From: Psammoneis japonica
Taxonomy: Eukaryota
Assembly: GCA_008632985.1 (NCBI GenBank)
Contig: QPGO01000182.1
Span: 62,001 to 126,000, forward strand
Reading direction: 5' to 3'
DNA: 64,000 nt
Below are positions 11,671-23,864 of the stretch, piece by piece (the first letter of the stretch is position 1; each line of letters opens with the position of its first letter). Below the pieces are notes generated by a model. That model was not told the DNA's origin, searched no databases, and worked only from the letters and a program-made list of their open reading frames with translations. The translations under genes and the position numbers were made by a program.

Positions 11671-13216
11671 ACCTTCCTTGCACACCTCGCAAGAGCAATG
11701 CATCCACCCATTCAGGGCAAGAGGATTGGCTTTGAGCTTTGAATGCAGACAGCCAACTCCTGAGTTGTTGGGCAGGCCACTGCTTTTGTTGTTGCATCAT
11801 CTGTTCTGCTGAACAACAAGTTTTGCTTCTCCAAGAAGAAAATGATGCGCTTTTTCAGACTTGCTCCAGCTCTGGGTGAAATGACATGGACAATTTTCTG
11901 TCATTTTTCTGAACTTTGATCATCATCCATTCATTGATGTGTTGCACAGATCTGGTTTGGATGCCTCATGTGTTGACTTTGTGCGAAGCAACAAGACAGA
12001 AAAAATCCTTCAAATGCAACAGGTTTGTTCTCACAAGAAGCACACAATGTCCACTTTGTGTCATTGATTTGCACCACTTCTGCAGCTGCAAAGTTGCAAG
12101 AAGTCATGAGAAACTGCTGTGCAAACTGCCGTGGAAACTTGCAACAAAAAACACATGTTGGCCCACAACACAGAATCCCACATGTTGGTCAGTGCATGAA
12201 GTTCACTCCACATGTCTGTCTGCATGAACATTTTCATCACTGGCCTGAAAGCACTCTCCATGTGTGAGGGAAAAAAAACAATGTCAAATTTTTGATGTTG
12301 TGAGTTCTTGAGCAAGAAGCACAGGGCTGCACATCTTGAAACTCTTGCCAATTTGTTCACTCACATGGACAAACAACACAAAGCTTTGCTGTCAAATTCA
12401 ACAACCCTTTGTGTTGGAGTTAAATCCCCTCCTTCAGAACAAGTGCAAAACAAAGCAGGTGCTTTCAAACACAGAGGAGGGCATCTCACCTGCATTGGAG
12501 TGCCCTTGGGTTGGTGCACAAATCATTTTTGGTGGAGGAGATGCAACCCCAACATGCAGCATTTGCGCAAAATTGCACAAAACATCCAGTTTTGCACACC
12601 ATCATTTCATGCATGGCTGGAACAAGTCTTCCTCACCTTCTCAAAAATGAGAATGGCAGCCACCAACCTGAAGTGTGCTGGCAGCAACAATGGCGGGGGG
12701 CTTGCAAGTTGCAGGACATCCAGCTGCAAGCGCCAAGATTGGCGCCATTTTGTGAGAAGTCACAAACTCATTTTTGTCCCAAAATTGCTGGTGTTTGGCA
12801 ATTTTTTGATTTAGTTGGTCTTTTTAAATGTTGGGTTCATCCCATCAGGAGCCCGACACAGAGGCCTCCATGTGTGGGCACAAAATTTTGCGCGGTGCTC
12901 ACTCTGGCGCTGCCGTTTTGCGCGCTGCAAGTGAGGAGCATGCTCTCACGCAGGCTGCCATGCATGCAGATTTGCTGCCAGAGCTTGAACTGTAAGGCAG
13001 AGGCCCTGCTGCATGCACATCATGAGGCCCGGGCCCACCCCTCTTGGCATGATCTGCCCATCATTGTGATGGCACTACTGTCACAGATGCTGTTTTGAGC
13101 AAGGCAGACAAAGCACACACACAGAATCCGCAACTTTCACACACCCGAGATCCTGACAAAATAACTTCAAAGTTCAAGAAGAATTCCAGAATGATGGCCA
13201 TGATTTGGCATGATCC

Positions 13217-16200
13217 ATGATGACAGATGGCTGGAACTTGAACGAAACAGAGCGTGAAACACCGATGCAAATGCAAATGGCCGCCCCTGATGTCTTTTTG
13301 TGTCATGCTGGCTATGGAGCACAAAAGGCGGGTATTGTGTCACTGGTCTACGAAAAATTGAAACGCCGGAGCATTACCAATGTGTTCTTCGACAAGGAGA
13401 GCTTGAAAAACGGGGAACCCGTCGCACCCCACGTGATACGAGGGGTCGCTACGGCCAAGGTCGTTGTCGTCTTTCTCAGCCCTCAATTTCTTTGTCGGGA
13501 GTGGACGCTGAAAGAGCTGGAGATAGCCTTGGCGCGAGACAATGGCGCATCTCCCCGACGTGAAGACGCACGTCGATTTCGCGAGGAAAGATCTTTCACA
13601 GAATTTCTCGAGCACAAGCTTTCCCAAAGAGAGCAAACTCTGGTTAAGGACCTTGAGGATGGGCCTCCAGGGGAAGTTCTGCCTCTCTACTTCCACCTTA
13701 GTCCAAGGATATTAGCAAACGATATTTACGCGAGCTTGTGCAGAGAGAATCCAATGTGACCTCGCAGTTCGCGGAGTGGTCAATGGAGGAGGAAGGGTAC
13801 CCCCGCGCTGGAAAATGGCTTTGACCGCATTGAAGGAGATAAAGGGGCCAAGGCACTACCAGAATACGACCAGACGGAACAGCAGTATGCCAAAGTGGCA
13901 GCAGATTGGATTGAGAATAGGTTACCTGGACGATCCAGATTGAATGAGCCAATTGACCCATCGCCGAGAACGGTAGCGGGGAGGTTAACCGAAAGCTGCA
14001 GTGTTTCACCGATAAAGATCGAGGACCTACTTCACCTCAAAGTGAAAGATTATTTCCCGCTCCTTGGAGAGGAGAAGCACGAGTTTGGCCTTCTTCAGGT
14101 TTTGCATATTACTCGCGAAGGCAAGCCCACTGCGACAGATTATCACATACTCGATCGCCTCGAGGAAAGAGGAAGAACCGAGAGTGGCATTCATCACGGC
14201 GACCTTGACCTCAGAGATTATATCAATGAGGATGAGAAACCTAGTCTCGGACTCCATGTTGACAATGGCAGAGTCTTGATTGCAGGCAAAACGTACGACA
14301 CGTCGAAAATTCGCCTAGGTAGACGCTGGTACAAGTATGTCAGGGCGAACGCTATGGTCGACAAGTGCTTCCGAGACTGCTGTGCCGTCTCTGACTTGCT
14401 GGAAGAGCCCATATGCAGGCAAGAGGAAAGAGTGGTTCTCGCGGTTGTTACCGCTGCACACGAAGCTTCTTTGGAAGAAACGCATGAAACAGAGGGAGGT
14501 TGGTGGTTTAAGTGGGGCACAACACCGTTTAACCGCCAAGTAAGGAGTCCAATTTGGTTTGACGCGGTAGTCGGAATCCGCTTGCGATGCTTCGCATTGA
14601 GGAGAAACGTGGATCGCTGGGAAATAGCAGGCGGCTATGACGCTAGAAACCGCCAAAACTTTGAGAGTTTGCGACTAGAGATGATGGAGTGGATGACTCC
14701 AAATGTTCTTCGTTTGTTCCCAGGTTGGGCAACAGTTTCTGTGGATTTTAGGCGTCTCAAGACCGAAGATGACATCCTGTCAGATCTAAAAGAGCAAATA
14801 CTACGTAGGTCACCAATTGCGGAGCCTGTTTCACAACCAGCGAGTCTGGGCGTGCTAGGTTGGACTGCCATGCCTTTTGTTGTTTTCTCTTTTTGCCTTG
14901 CTTGCAGTGATGTAGTCCCCGGAATAGATGTGATCCCATGGATGGACAAATGGCGCAAGAAGGTACAAGAACATTTTGTTACTTTCTTTTTTTGCGCTTT
15001 GGTCGGTGTGATTGGTGGAAGCGCCGCCCGAACTGATCATCTAAGGCTAGTTGTCCCAGTGCGGCTGATGTTGGCAGCAAATTTGTGGGAAAGTTCGTCA
15101 GCCATCGCTAGGGAGGAAGAATGCGCTGAAAACACGTGGATTGGCGCAGTGATCGCCGCAGTGTCCGGTGTTATGGTTGGAGTTTTTATTACTTCGTTTC
15201 TGCCCATTGGGGTGCTGCGTCGAAGAGTCAATACAGAAGACTTACCAGAAAACAGAGCCGTCGAATTTATTTTGCATTCGCCTGAAGCTCTTTACACTAA
15301 TAAGTTTGAGCTTGATCAATATCTGAACTGGGAAAGAGGCGACAAAGAGGCTTCTGTGGAAGAGAAAGCTAAAATGCTTGGATCTATATTGGAAATGATG
15401 AAAGCCCTCTCCACCGTTGGGTCATTCAAGATTCGACCGCTAAGGAAGAATGATAAAGGCCGGGCTGTGTCCCTTCTAGATAAGATCAAAGACCCCGAAG
15501 ACCTAAAGAGAGAGCTGCGAGATCTAATTTTCTGTACTGACGATTCGGGGTCTTCTTTCTCCCTCAACCTAAACGTCAACGACGACGGCTCTGTTACCGT
15601 TTCTTTTATTTTGAGTGATGTTGAGCAGTTGACATCGTTGCGAGACAAATGCCTACTAGGTGGAGAAGCCGAGGATGAGCTAACAAGGGCATTTCGGCGG
15701 CGAGTCAATGAAGATATTCGAATCGATCTCACTTCCGTCGCATTAATGTATGAGTCAATGCTCTTGCGGTTTGAATTACTCACAGAGCACCAGAAACAAA
15801 AGCTCAAGGAATGTAAGAACACCGACCGAATGCATGTGAACGGACCTGCTGGGAGCGGGAAAACTTATATTGGATTGAACAAAGCCTTTAGCCACCTCGA
15901 AAGAAAGAACAGCAGAGTCCTCTACGTGTGTCGAAATATGTCACTCGGGTACTTCTTCTGCAAGTGGCTTTTTCACAGGCTTCAAAAGCTTCGTCAAGGA
16001 ACTGCAGAACTATATAGGATTTTTGTTATGGTTGACGAGCGCCCGTGCAAGATTTTAGGGGTCCAATACGATGATGCAACCGGAAGAGGCATTCTCGAGC
16101 AAACTGCACATAGTAAGGACACGTACGGTTTGATTATTGTCGATGAGGCCCACGATGTCTTTGCGTTGGACAAGCACCGCCAACGCAATGAGTTCGGCGG

Positions 16201-17974
16201 TGAAGTCTCAGATCTGCTAGAAAAGAACAAAGATCGTGATTTGGTTTTGCTGTCAGACCTTGCTCAAGCATCTGTCCCGGAAGACCTCATAGATTTTCCG
16301 ATACCACCTTCCGTAGAACTTTCGGAGGTGTGTCGATGCAGTAAACGCATTATGTTGGGAGCCCATAGCTTCCGACTCTCCAGTGACGCTGGAGTCGAGT
16401 GCTCTCATGATTCCGATGGATTGCCCTTAAGAACATACCTATTCGACGCGCCAGAAGACGACACCAATATCTACTCTATTTACTCAGAAAAGATATGCGC
16501 TGGGATCAAGCAAGCTCTCGGAGAATTTTCTTGTCTCGATCTTCATGGTCGCCTCGCCATAGTTGTGCCCGATCAGAAATTTCTGGAAGCTTTACGTGAG
16601 AATTTGATTGACTCACTCAGGCTAATTAAAAACACCAATTCGGGAAAAGCATTCGCGCTCGTATCTGCTGCTGAAGCGTATGAAATTTGGCATTTGGACG
16701 TTGAATCGCGTACAGAGTCGAGCATTATTTTTGACACAATCGATGAAATGGACGGACTTGAAAGTCTCTTGGTATTTGGTGTTGGACTTGACGCTCCAGT
16801 TTATCGAAAACCAAGGCTTGTGTGCTCACGAATCTACCGCGCAATTACTAGAGCGCAGCTATCATTCTCATTGATTAACGAAAGAGTCGATAATGGTTGG
16901 TTCAATTGGCTCGAAATGATGAGAATTGAACAAGGCGAGGAAAAAGTTGATCTAAAGGTAGAGGCGCAGAAAGTGTCCAACACGTTTGCGTCGGACATAG
17001 TCAATGTGTACGGTGACTTTGATCAGACGAACGCTGAGCGCATCCAGCCCGACGCTCAGGCGAAAGAAGTTGCGACCGAAGCACGTCATCAAGCAAGCCA
17101 CTCCTCTCCGGATGGTCCTCTGGCTCCAACAGAAACACACTTCCGACCAGAACAAGAAACCGAGAATAAAATCTGGGACGGCTCTCCAAACCAAACGGCA
17201 GAAAAAATGATGACTCGTGCGCGCCCTTCTTCATTCGATCCACGGATGTCTCAGGCCCACGTCTCGCCGATTACAGCTGGTCAACGAAACGTCTCTAGCT
17301 TGTACACGCAAGCACTTTTGGATGGTATCGAGACAAATGTGGGAGAGTTGTCGATGGTAGGTATTTCGGATCCTAGCAGTATTTGGCTTGTCAATTCTGG
17401 TGCCGATCCGTATGTTTTTTTGTCGTACAGAGGAGTCGATACCAAGGAGACTATTGCTCGTCCTACGCATTGGTTCCTATCAGAAATATTGGGTCTAACC
17501 GCTTTCTTTGACAACGATAGCATGAAATCTGGTGACAATATGATGCGTCAAATAATGGAGGCTGCGTATAGCTCTTCGCATGCTTTGGTTTTGTTGTCAC
17601 CTGGTTATCGAAAGAGTGCTTACTGTGTCAAGGAGCTTAATACCTTCATGATGCGTCGGAGCAAGGGAAACATAGTTGTGCTCCCATGTCTTTGGAAACT
17701 ACAAAAAATCGATCAGCAGTTCGCACCAGCTGTGAAGGAGATCAATTGGTGGATAAAGTCTCGGACTGAGGATCCGGCAGATTATTTGGTGGACATACTG
17801 TGGCCAAACCTCATTGAGATCTTCAAAGGTGGACGAAAAGACCGTTCATATTGGGATGCGGTGCCATTAAAATACAGGCTAATCCAGTACGTCGAAGAGA
17901 ATCGGGGGAAGCAAAGCTTTCCGAGTATTCCATCGAGTCTGGAAAGCTTTGTTCGAGTTCACAAAGGTGGATAG
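13217..17974 (+). CDS. TIR - transmembrane - Schlafen-like SF1 helicase - TIR protein; probably one gene of about 1570 aa, interrupted near 13700-13850
   Basis: N-terminal TIR DVFLCHAG..VFFDKESL..VVFLSPQFL..WTLKELE. Three hydrophobic segments. Helicase LLTEHQ, GPAGSGKT, LYVCRN, IIVDEAHD, DEMDGLE, IYRAITRA. C-terminal TIR VFLSYRG..FFDNDSM..LVLLSPGY..YCVKELN. ORFs 13217..13759 and 13895..17974 share a frame. Confidence 0.85.
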
Positions 17975-18613
17975 TAGGCAGTGCGAAGGTGTGGCTAATC
18001 TGAGATGCCGGCGTTGCAGGGCGGATGCGTAGCAACGCTAAAATGATCGATCGACCTATCGACACCTGCTCCTCTCTCTCATTTTAGGAACTCGTTTATT
18101 TAAATCAACACTCCTTCTACAATTGAAATTTAACATTCCAACTACCCTCGCATTAACGGCGTCTTAGCATTCACTCGAATGGTTGCAGCGGATAAAGGGT
18201 TTTTCATTTGGCTGCCTTGCATTTCGAGAAGGCTGGCCGACTAGACACCGCAATTCACTTGCTGAATTCGACGTGGCGCCAGTTCCACGAAACTTTTGGT
18301 GTCAAAAGGAGATGAGCGCCCTGCTTTTGCCAAAGTTAGAATGCTCTTGACATCTTGTTCGGGACGTTGAGCTTTATCCGTATGGCAAGGTGACTTCGAC
18401 TAGTGTGACTGGGGGGAACCACCCGACAGGTGGCGACGAGACGGCTCAGTCCATGAAGCAGTGCTGCAGCACCTGCTCGAAGATAGTCGGTATTAGTCCT
18501 GGCCGGGTTGCTCGGAGATCCGTTCAGAGCACTCTAGAGCTGCGAGTACGCTATCTGACCTGCGACCTATTTTTGGCCTGCTCTGGCATCTGTTTCATAA
18601 TGAACGACTGTTG

Positions 18614-20880
18614 CTACAACTCCTCCCTGGACGTGGAGTCTCCCTTCTGGTCAGCTTCCACGCCCATCCCCACCCTGTTGACAATCATTGCCAGGCCGTC
18701 CGGCAAACGCATTGGTCCTCTGTTCTCCCGGCTTTGCGCCATCTTCAAAGCCAGCGAAACGAGAGATCGACGGCGGGACGTTTGGCTCTGGAGAGCAGCA
18801 AGAACGTACGTTCGAATAATGATGGGCAAATCCTCATGCGCATGTCCCATTTCGTCTACTATTGGCACCAGCGTATGATTGTCCCGGTAAATCGCAGGCA
18901 GGACCATTACTGCGGCCGGTGTCTGTTCCTTGATTGTCAGTTTCCAGCACAGCATATGGATGTCCCCTGGTTCCGACAGAACTAGACCGTCCGGCGCCAC
19001 GATTGTCCAGGGAGCCTCCCAATCGACAGTTGTCAAATGATAGCCCTTTGCTATCTGGTATGCCCCGCTGCTAGGTGGTTGTCCAATCTTCAAGAGCTCC
19101 CCCCTGGCTTCCACCCGCCGCTGTAACTCCTCCTCTGCTGAAGACAAGAGTTCCCTAAATGACTGCACAACCTGATCGGCGGAAAAGTCAGAATCTATCC
19201 ATTTCCAGGTGCTGCGAATCTCTTGTTCTCTTTGCTCGGTGGCTCCCGAGGCTTGGATATCGAGTAAGCCTGGAGCTGTTGACGGCCGCTCCTTCTCTAG
19301 TTTTTCTCTTTTCGCATGTCTTTTTGACGCGACGTAATCCTGGTAAAGGGCACCCAACGCATCAGCAATTCCCTCCACATTGGGCAGTGCCATCTCGTAC
19401 AGCCCTCCGGGCGTCCGAACAGTCTGGCGGTACGGAACCGACGCACCCAGACGGGTAAAGTCGCCCATGGCGGTGTAGTTTGTGGTGATTACCGGCGTTC
19501 CAAGAGCCTGGCACTCGAGAACATTCATTCCAAAGCCCTCCACCTTGCTTGGGAGAAGGCAAACATTTGCCCTCTGCTTGTACGCGGCTACAATCTCGGG
19601 CTGGTGCAGCGCAATGTCAATTGTGTAGGCATGATGTGGCAAGCCCGACTCGTGAAGGGTCAAGTGAAGATTCAAACCCTTGGGAAGAACATCTGGTGGA
19701 GGATCGATGTCCTTGTTCATTTCCGACGACACTAGGTATGACTCAATCGAGTGGAGGAAAAGGTGAGCACGAACGCGTCCAGAGTTGGTTCTTCCTTGGA
19801 AAAAGGAGAGCGAAACGGGAGAGTGTCAGTTGTCGATAACGACACAGCAAACTCTTTCGTTCACTCTTTTCATTCATACATACCAGTGACTCTGCTGTCA
19901 TTATTAGTATCGAACGTTGCTTTGTAGAAACGCACAAACGCCTGAATTGCCACATCCCAACCCTTTCGATCCAACGTATCGTAGTTTCCCCCTTGCATCA
20001 GAACGAAAAACGTTTCGTCTGTCGCATTTGCAAAAAGAGGATTCGGACCAACCTTCTTGCTTGTCCTCTGTTTACTATTTTGCGTTTGGTCCCGGAGCAT
20101 CAAATCAGCTTCGCGAGCATCCACATGGTTCAACAGTCTCAAGCCAGTAGCAGCTTTCTCTTGCAGGACGGGGCGGTCAATAATGTGCGGCACAAACTTG
20201 ACGTGTGTCGTTCCAAACATTTTTTGCAGCAAGGGAGACGGAAATTCCTGTACCGGCTCAGATCTTTGCCCCACGGCATTGTCAATAGCCCTCGCGGCGC
20301 TGGGACTGAGCGCCGCCACGCTGTGGTAGCTCTTGAGGACCCAGTAATCGGGTCGGCTTTTGGAAACAACCTCACTGTGAAGCGGCACCCACGCTACAAC
20401 CGGTACACGAAAGGGCACGTCAGGAACAACCTTTCCAATGTCAAACAAAAAGATGTAAGCATCGAGTTTGTGTCGGTCAGCGACTGCGTTGAGATCCGAA
20501 GCAAACAAGTGGTCGCTCTGTTGCTGGCCCATGCCGATAAAGGTGAGATGATCCAAAGGAAAGTCATCTGGTGGCGCAACAAGGTTGGGTAAATGGGGTC
20601 GCATCTCTTGCCAGTCTTGATAAGTACCAACAGGCATGGCTGCCTGCGGAACAAACGATATCCAGTGCGTATCATACAATGCTCTGCCGTTTTCCTGCTG
20701 TATCGACAGGAGCAGACTCAGTGCATACATCTGGCTCTGGTACGGGCCGAATATCCAAGGCACTGACGCAGTCAGGAGCCCGATTCTTTTTCTTCCTTTT
20801 TCCCGTTCGGCCTGAACGAAGCAAGTGGACAAGAGTAGAGCCAACCACGCCAATAGTAATGAACTAAACACCAGAGCCAT
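18614..20880 (-). CDS. GT-B glycosyltransferase (Glycos_transf_1/GT4-like) with signal peptide, spliced
   Basis: LLPSKVEGFGMNVLECQALGTPVITTN (EX7E motif), DRKGWD, and a hydrophobic N-terminus MALVFSSLLLAWLALLLS. Probable intron near 19735-19880. Confidence 0.85.
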
Positions 20881-21139
20881 GTTGTAGCGATGACGACGAC
20901 GACACGATGTCATGGTCAGGTACGCTGCTCTTTACTCTTTCACAGAGTGACAAAGCGGCATCAACACAGTGCCGCCATAGCAGGCAGTGCATCAAAGTCT
21001 TGAACAACTCGCAGCGGAGCAAGTTCTTTCTTTTGCTTGCTTCGCCATCGTCTTCTGTGCTTCCCGCCAAAAAAAAAACGCACCTCGTACCTCGTCGTCC
21101 GTCTGTCGATCGTCTGTGCACCATTAGGCCCCTCTCGCT

Positions 21140-21400
21140 CTCTCTCCTCTACAGTACTCTACTCTAGCTACCGTAGCTAGAGAATGCTACTAGCTCTACT
21201 CTAGTAGAGAGCTACTCTAGCTAGCTCTACTCTAGAGGAGTAGTAGAGAGTGCTCTAGAGAGTGTGCTCTAGAGAGTGTGCTCGCTACTGGTAGAGTGGT
21301 GATAATAGAGAGGGCATCTACTCTAGTAGAGTAGAGAGTAGTGGTAGCTACACCAAGTGTCGCCGACACCTAGAGCTCTATTAGTTCGGTTCCGCTAGAG
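21140..21400. repeat. CTAG/CTCTA/TAGAG-rich low-complexity repeat
   Basis: ctactctagctaccgtagctagag...ctctactctagtagagagctactctag. A similar tract lies at about 59875-60060. Confidence 0.75.
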
Positions 21401-21770
21401 AGACATACCTAACGTCTTGTCATCGTCACATCATCTTCACAAGGAATGTAGCGCTTTGCATCAACACTCTTTGAACAGCTCAAGAATGAAGCAGGAAGCA
21501 TACGAAGGAAACCTATAAGCTGGAGAAGATACTGTGGAGTAGTTTGGGAGTATTCCGTCCTCCTCGAAACTTCAAAATTCAGAGACACCCACTGGACAGT
21601 TCCACTACATGTTCAACATTCCAGCCAGACAAACAAAAAGATGACTGAACCGATCATTCAATGGCATCAGTAATCAGTTATCCAGCGCGTCATAATTTTG
21701 GTGACTTATGCTTTTGCAAAACACAATAGATAAAAGTAACGTCTACACTAACAGTTTATGCAGAACTTAT

Positions 21771-23323
21771 TCAAGCACCAAAAGACGAAAAGAAGTCATC
21801 GGAGCTTTCGACTTTGGGCTTGCCAGGAGTAGAGTTCATCATGGGCCGATTGCCCGACGACGGAGCAGAAGAAAACGATGGTTTCTTTGGCGGAAGGGCC
21901 GCGTTATTGCCACTGGATGGGGCACGAGGTGGTGCGGGAGCGGCAAAGCTGTTGTTCCTGGGTGGAGTGGCGGAACCTCCGCCGCCACTGTATGACGACG
22001 ACGATGCAGAGCCCATGCCGCCACCGCCAAATTTGGCAGCCATGCGGGCCTTGGCTTCTTCTCGAAGACGTGTCTGTCGAGCAACGTACTGCTCGTCCGT
22101 TTCACCAGTGAGAGCAGCAACGCCATTGGGATCCTCACCGGGAAGTCCGACTGCTTCGCCAACGGTTCCGTTGCTAGTCACTGGAACACTGTTGCTGTTG
22201 TTCATACCAAACGATGAGCTATTGTTGGAACCAAAAGACGACGTGCTCCCACCGACATTGTTGGAAGAACCAAAACCGGCATATTTCGAGTCTCCCATAC
22301 TAGCCTTTGACTGCATCTGTCTTTGCAACTCGAGCAAGCCATCATCACCGGCATCTGGTTGAGAAATGTTCTGAGCAACGGCTGAAACCGACGAACTAAG
22401 GCTGTTCCAAAAGCTTGTCCCAGTCGATTTGACACTACCAGCTAGGTTTGATACAGCCTGCTGTGTGCCCTCGTCACTTACAAAAGCCGTCACAGACTGA
22501 GTTGCTGATCCAAGAGCACGAGTGCTCGAACTCCACGCCGAACCAAGACCCGACACAATGGAGTCCATATCAGGACCTCCACCACCATAGCCACCACGAG
22601 ACGGATCATACGACGAGTCACTTCCAATACCACCCATTCTGCTACTGCCCACTCCTCCCATGCTACCCGAGCTTCCAAACTTGGACGCCATTCTCGCCCG
22701 AGCCGCTTCCTTTAGCCGCGTTTGTCGCGCTACATACTGCTGCTCTGTTTCTCCCGTCAATCGTTCCATGCCATTAGGATCTTCTCCAGGCTTGCCTACA
22801 CCACTGGGTGCTCCCATACTCGGAGGAGCAGACCTCGTTACTGTTGGTTTGGGCAACTGCGTCGGTTCAGGACGGCCCTCGGCACGAGCCTTGAGAACTT
22901 CCTTGTACAGCTGCGCCGCGGGACTCTCGTACTTGGCCTTAATGGGGGTGTGGGGATTAACACCCTTTTCCTTTAGGAATGCTGCGCACTTGGCATTGCC
23001 GCCAGCCTTCATCAACTTGAGCTGCGAGTCTGTCCAGGAATCCATCGCGATGCTTCGAACAAACGAAATGTGGACTCCGAGCGATCTAAAAAATACGTAA
23101 AATTTCATAAGTATTTGCATACGAAGCCATATGGCTCTCCCAATTCTATCCTAAAGTCACCTTAGTCTTTCACTTACCGATGAACTCCGGAGCATTCGAG
23201 GCAAAAAACAGTTCCAAAACTAACGCTTGCCCACTGAGGGTTCTTCATACCGCAATCGGCACACTGAACGTTCCCAGGTATCGATTTCACAATCATCTGG
23301 TCGGCCGCTGACATTTGCACCAT
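21771..23323 (-). CDS. ADP-ribosylation factor GTPase-activating protein (ArfGAP1-like), 2 exons
   Basis: Zinc finger CADCGMKNPQWASVSFGTVFCLECSGVHR, intron 23086-23177 (GT..AG), then SLGVHISFVRSIAMDSW. Confidence 0.92.
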
Positions 23324-23864
23324 GGTTGCCAACGATTCGACAAGGGCGTCGGGGGCCTAATCTTATCAACAAAACGATGTAACAAAATGCCTCTGAGAGA
23401 CTGCAGCAGAACAAAAGCAACGGCGACCTGTCGTTGTGTTCACGTCGTGTTCACGCACTCCTCTCTCGAAAAAACGCCGCACATCACGCGCGGCACGATG
23501 ACTGCGATGAATGACCGTTGTGGACGAAAAAACTGTCCACGCAGGCTTCACGTAGGATTGATACTGAAATTGTAATATTCAGAAGCTTAAGTTTGCATAT
23601 CATTAATGGAACCTTCAGAAATATATATAACATTTTGTTCCGGAATTGAATATCAAGTTGTATACAAATATATATAAATGTATTCACATACGTGGTGGCA
23701 AGTTTCGCTGAGAAAGTGCGAGCCAAAATGCCGATGAAGCCGATGCATGCCGGAAGATTGCGGGTGTCGTCAAACCTCCGACATCGCATCACTTTTCTTC
23801 TTGACTCACAACATCCAATAGCTTTCTCATTATTGTGGTGAAGAAAGCTGAATCATTTCTTACA

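Noticed and set aside
1..13150. Many 60-280 aa ORFs on both strands as real genes (also at 30700-35600 and 48250-54300)
   Set aside because: They are Tyr-free, C/H-rich and overlapping, which is explained by loss of TAA/TAG in degraded repeats.
13757..13759. Selenocysteine or readthrough TGA
   Set aside because: No redox motif or recognisable SECIS, and alternative frames give a better TIR-like sequence.
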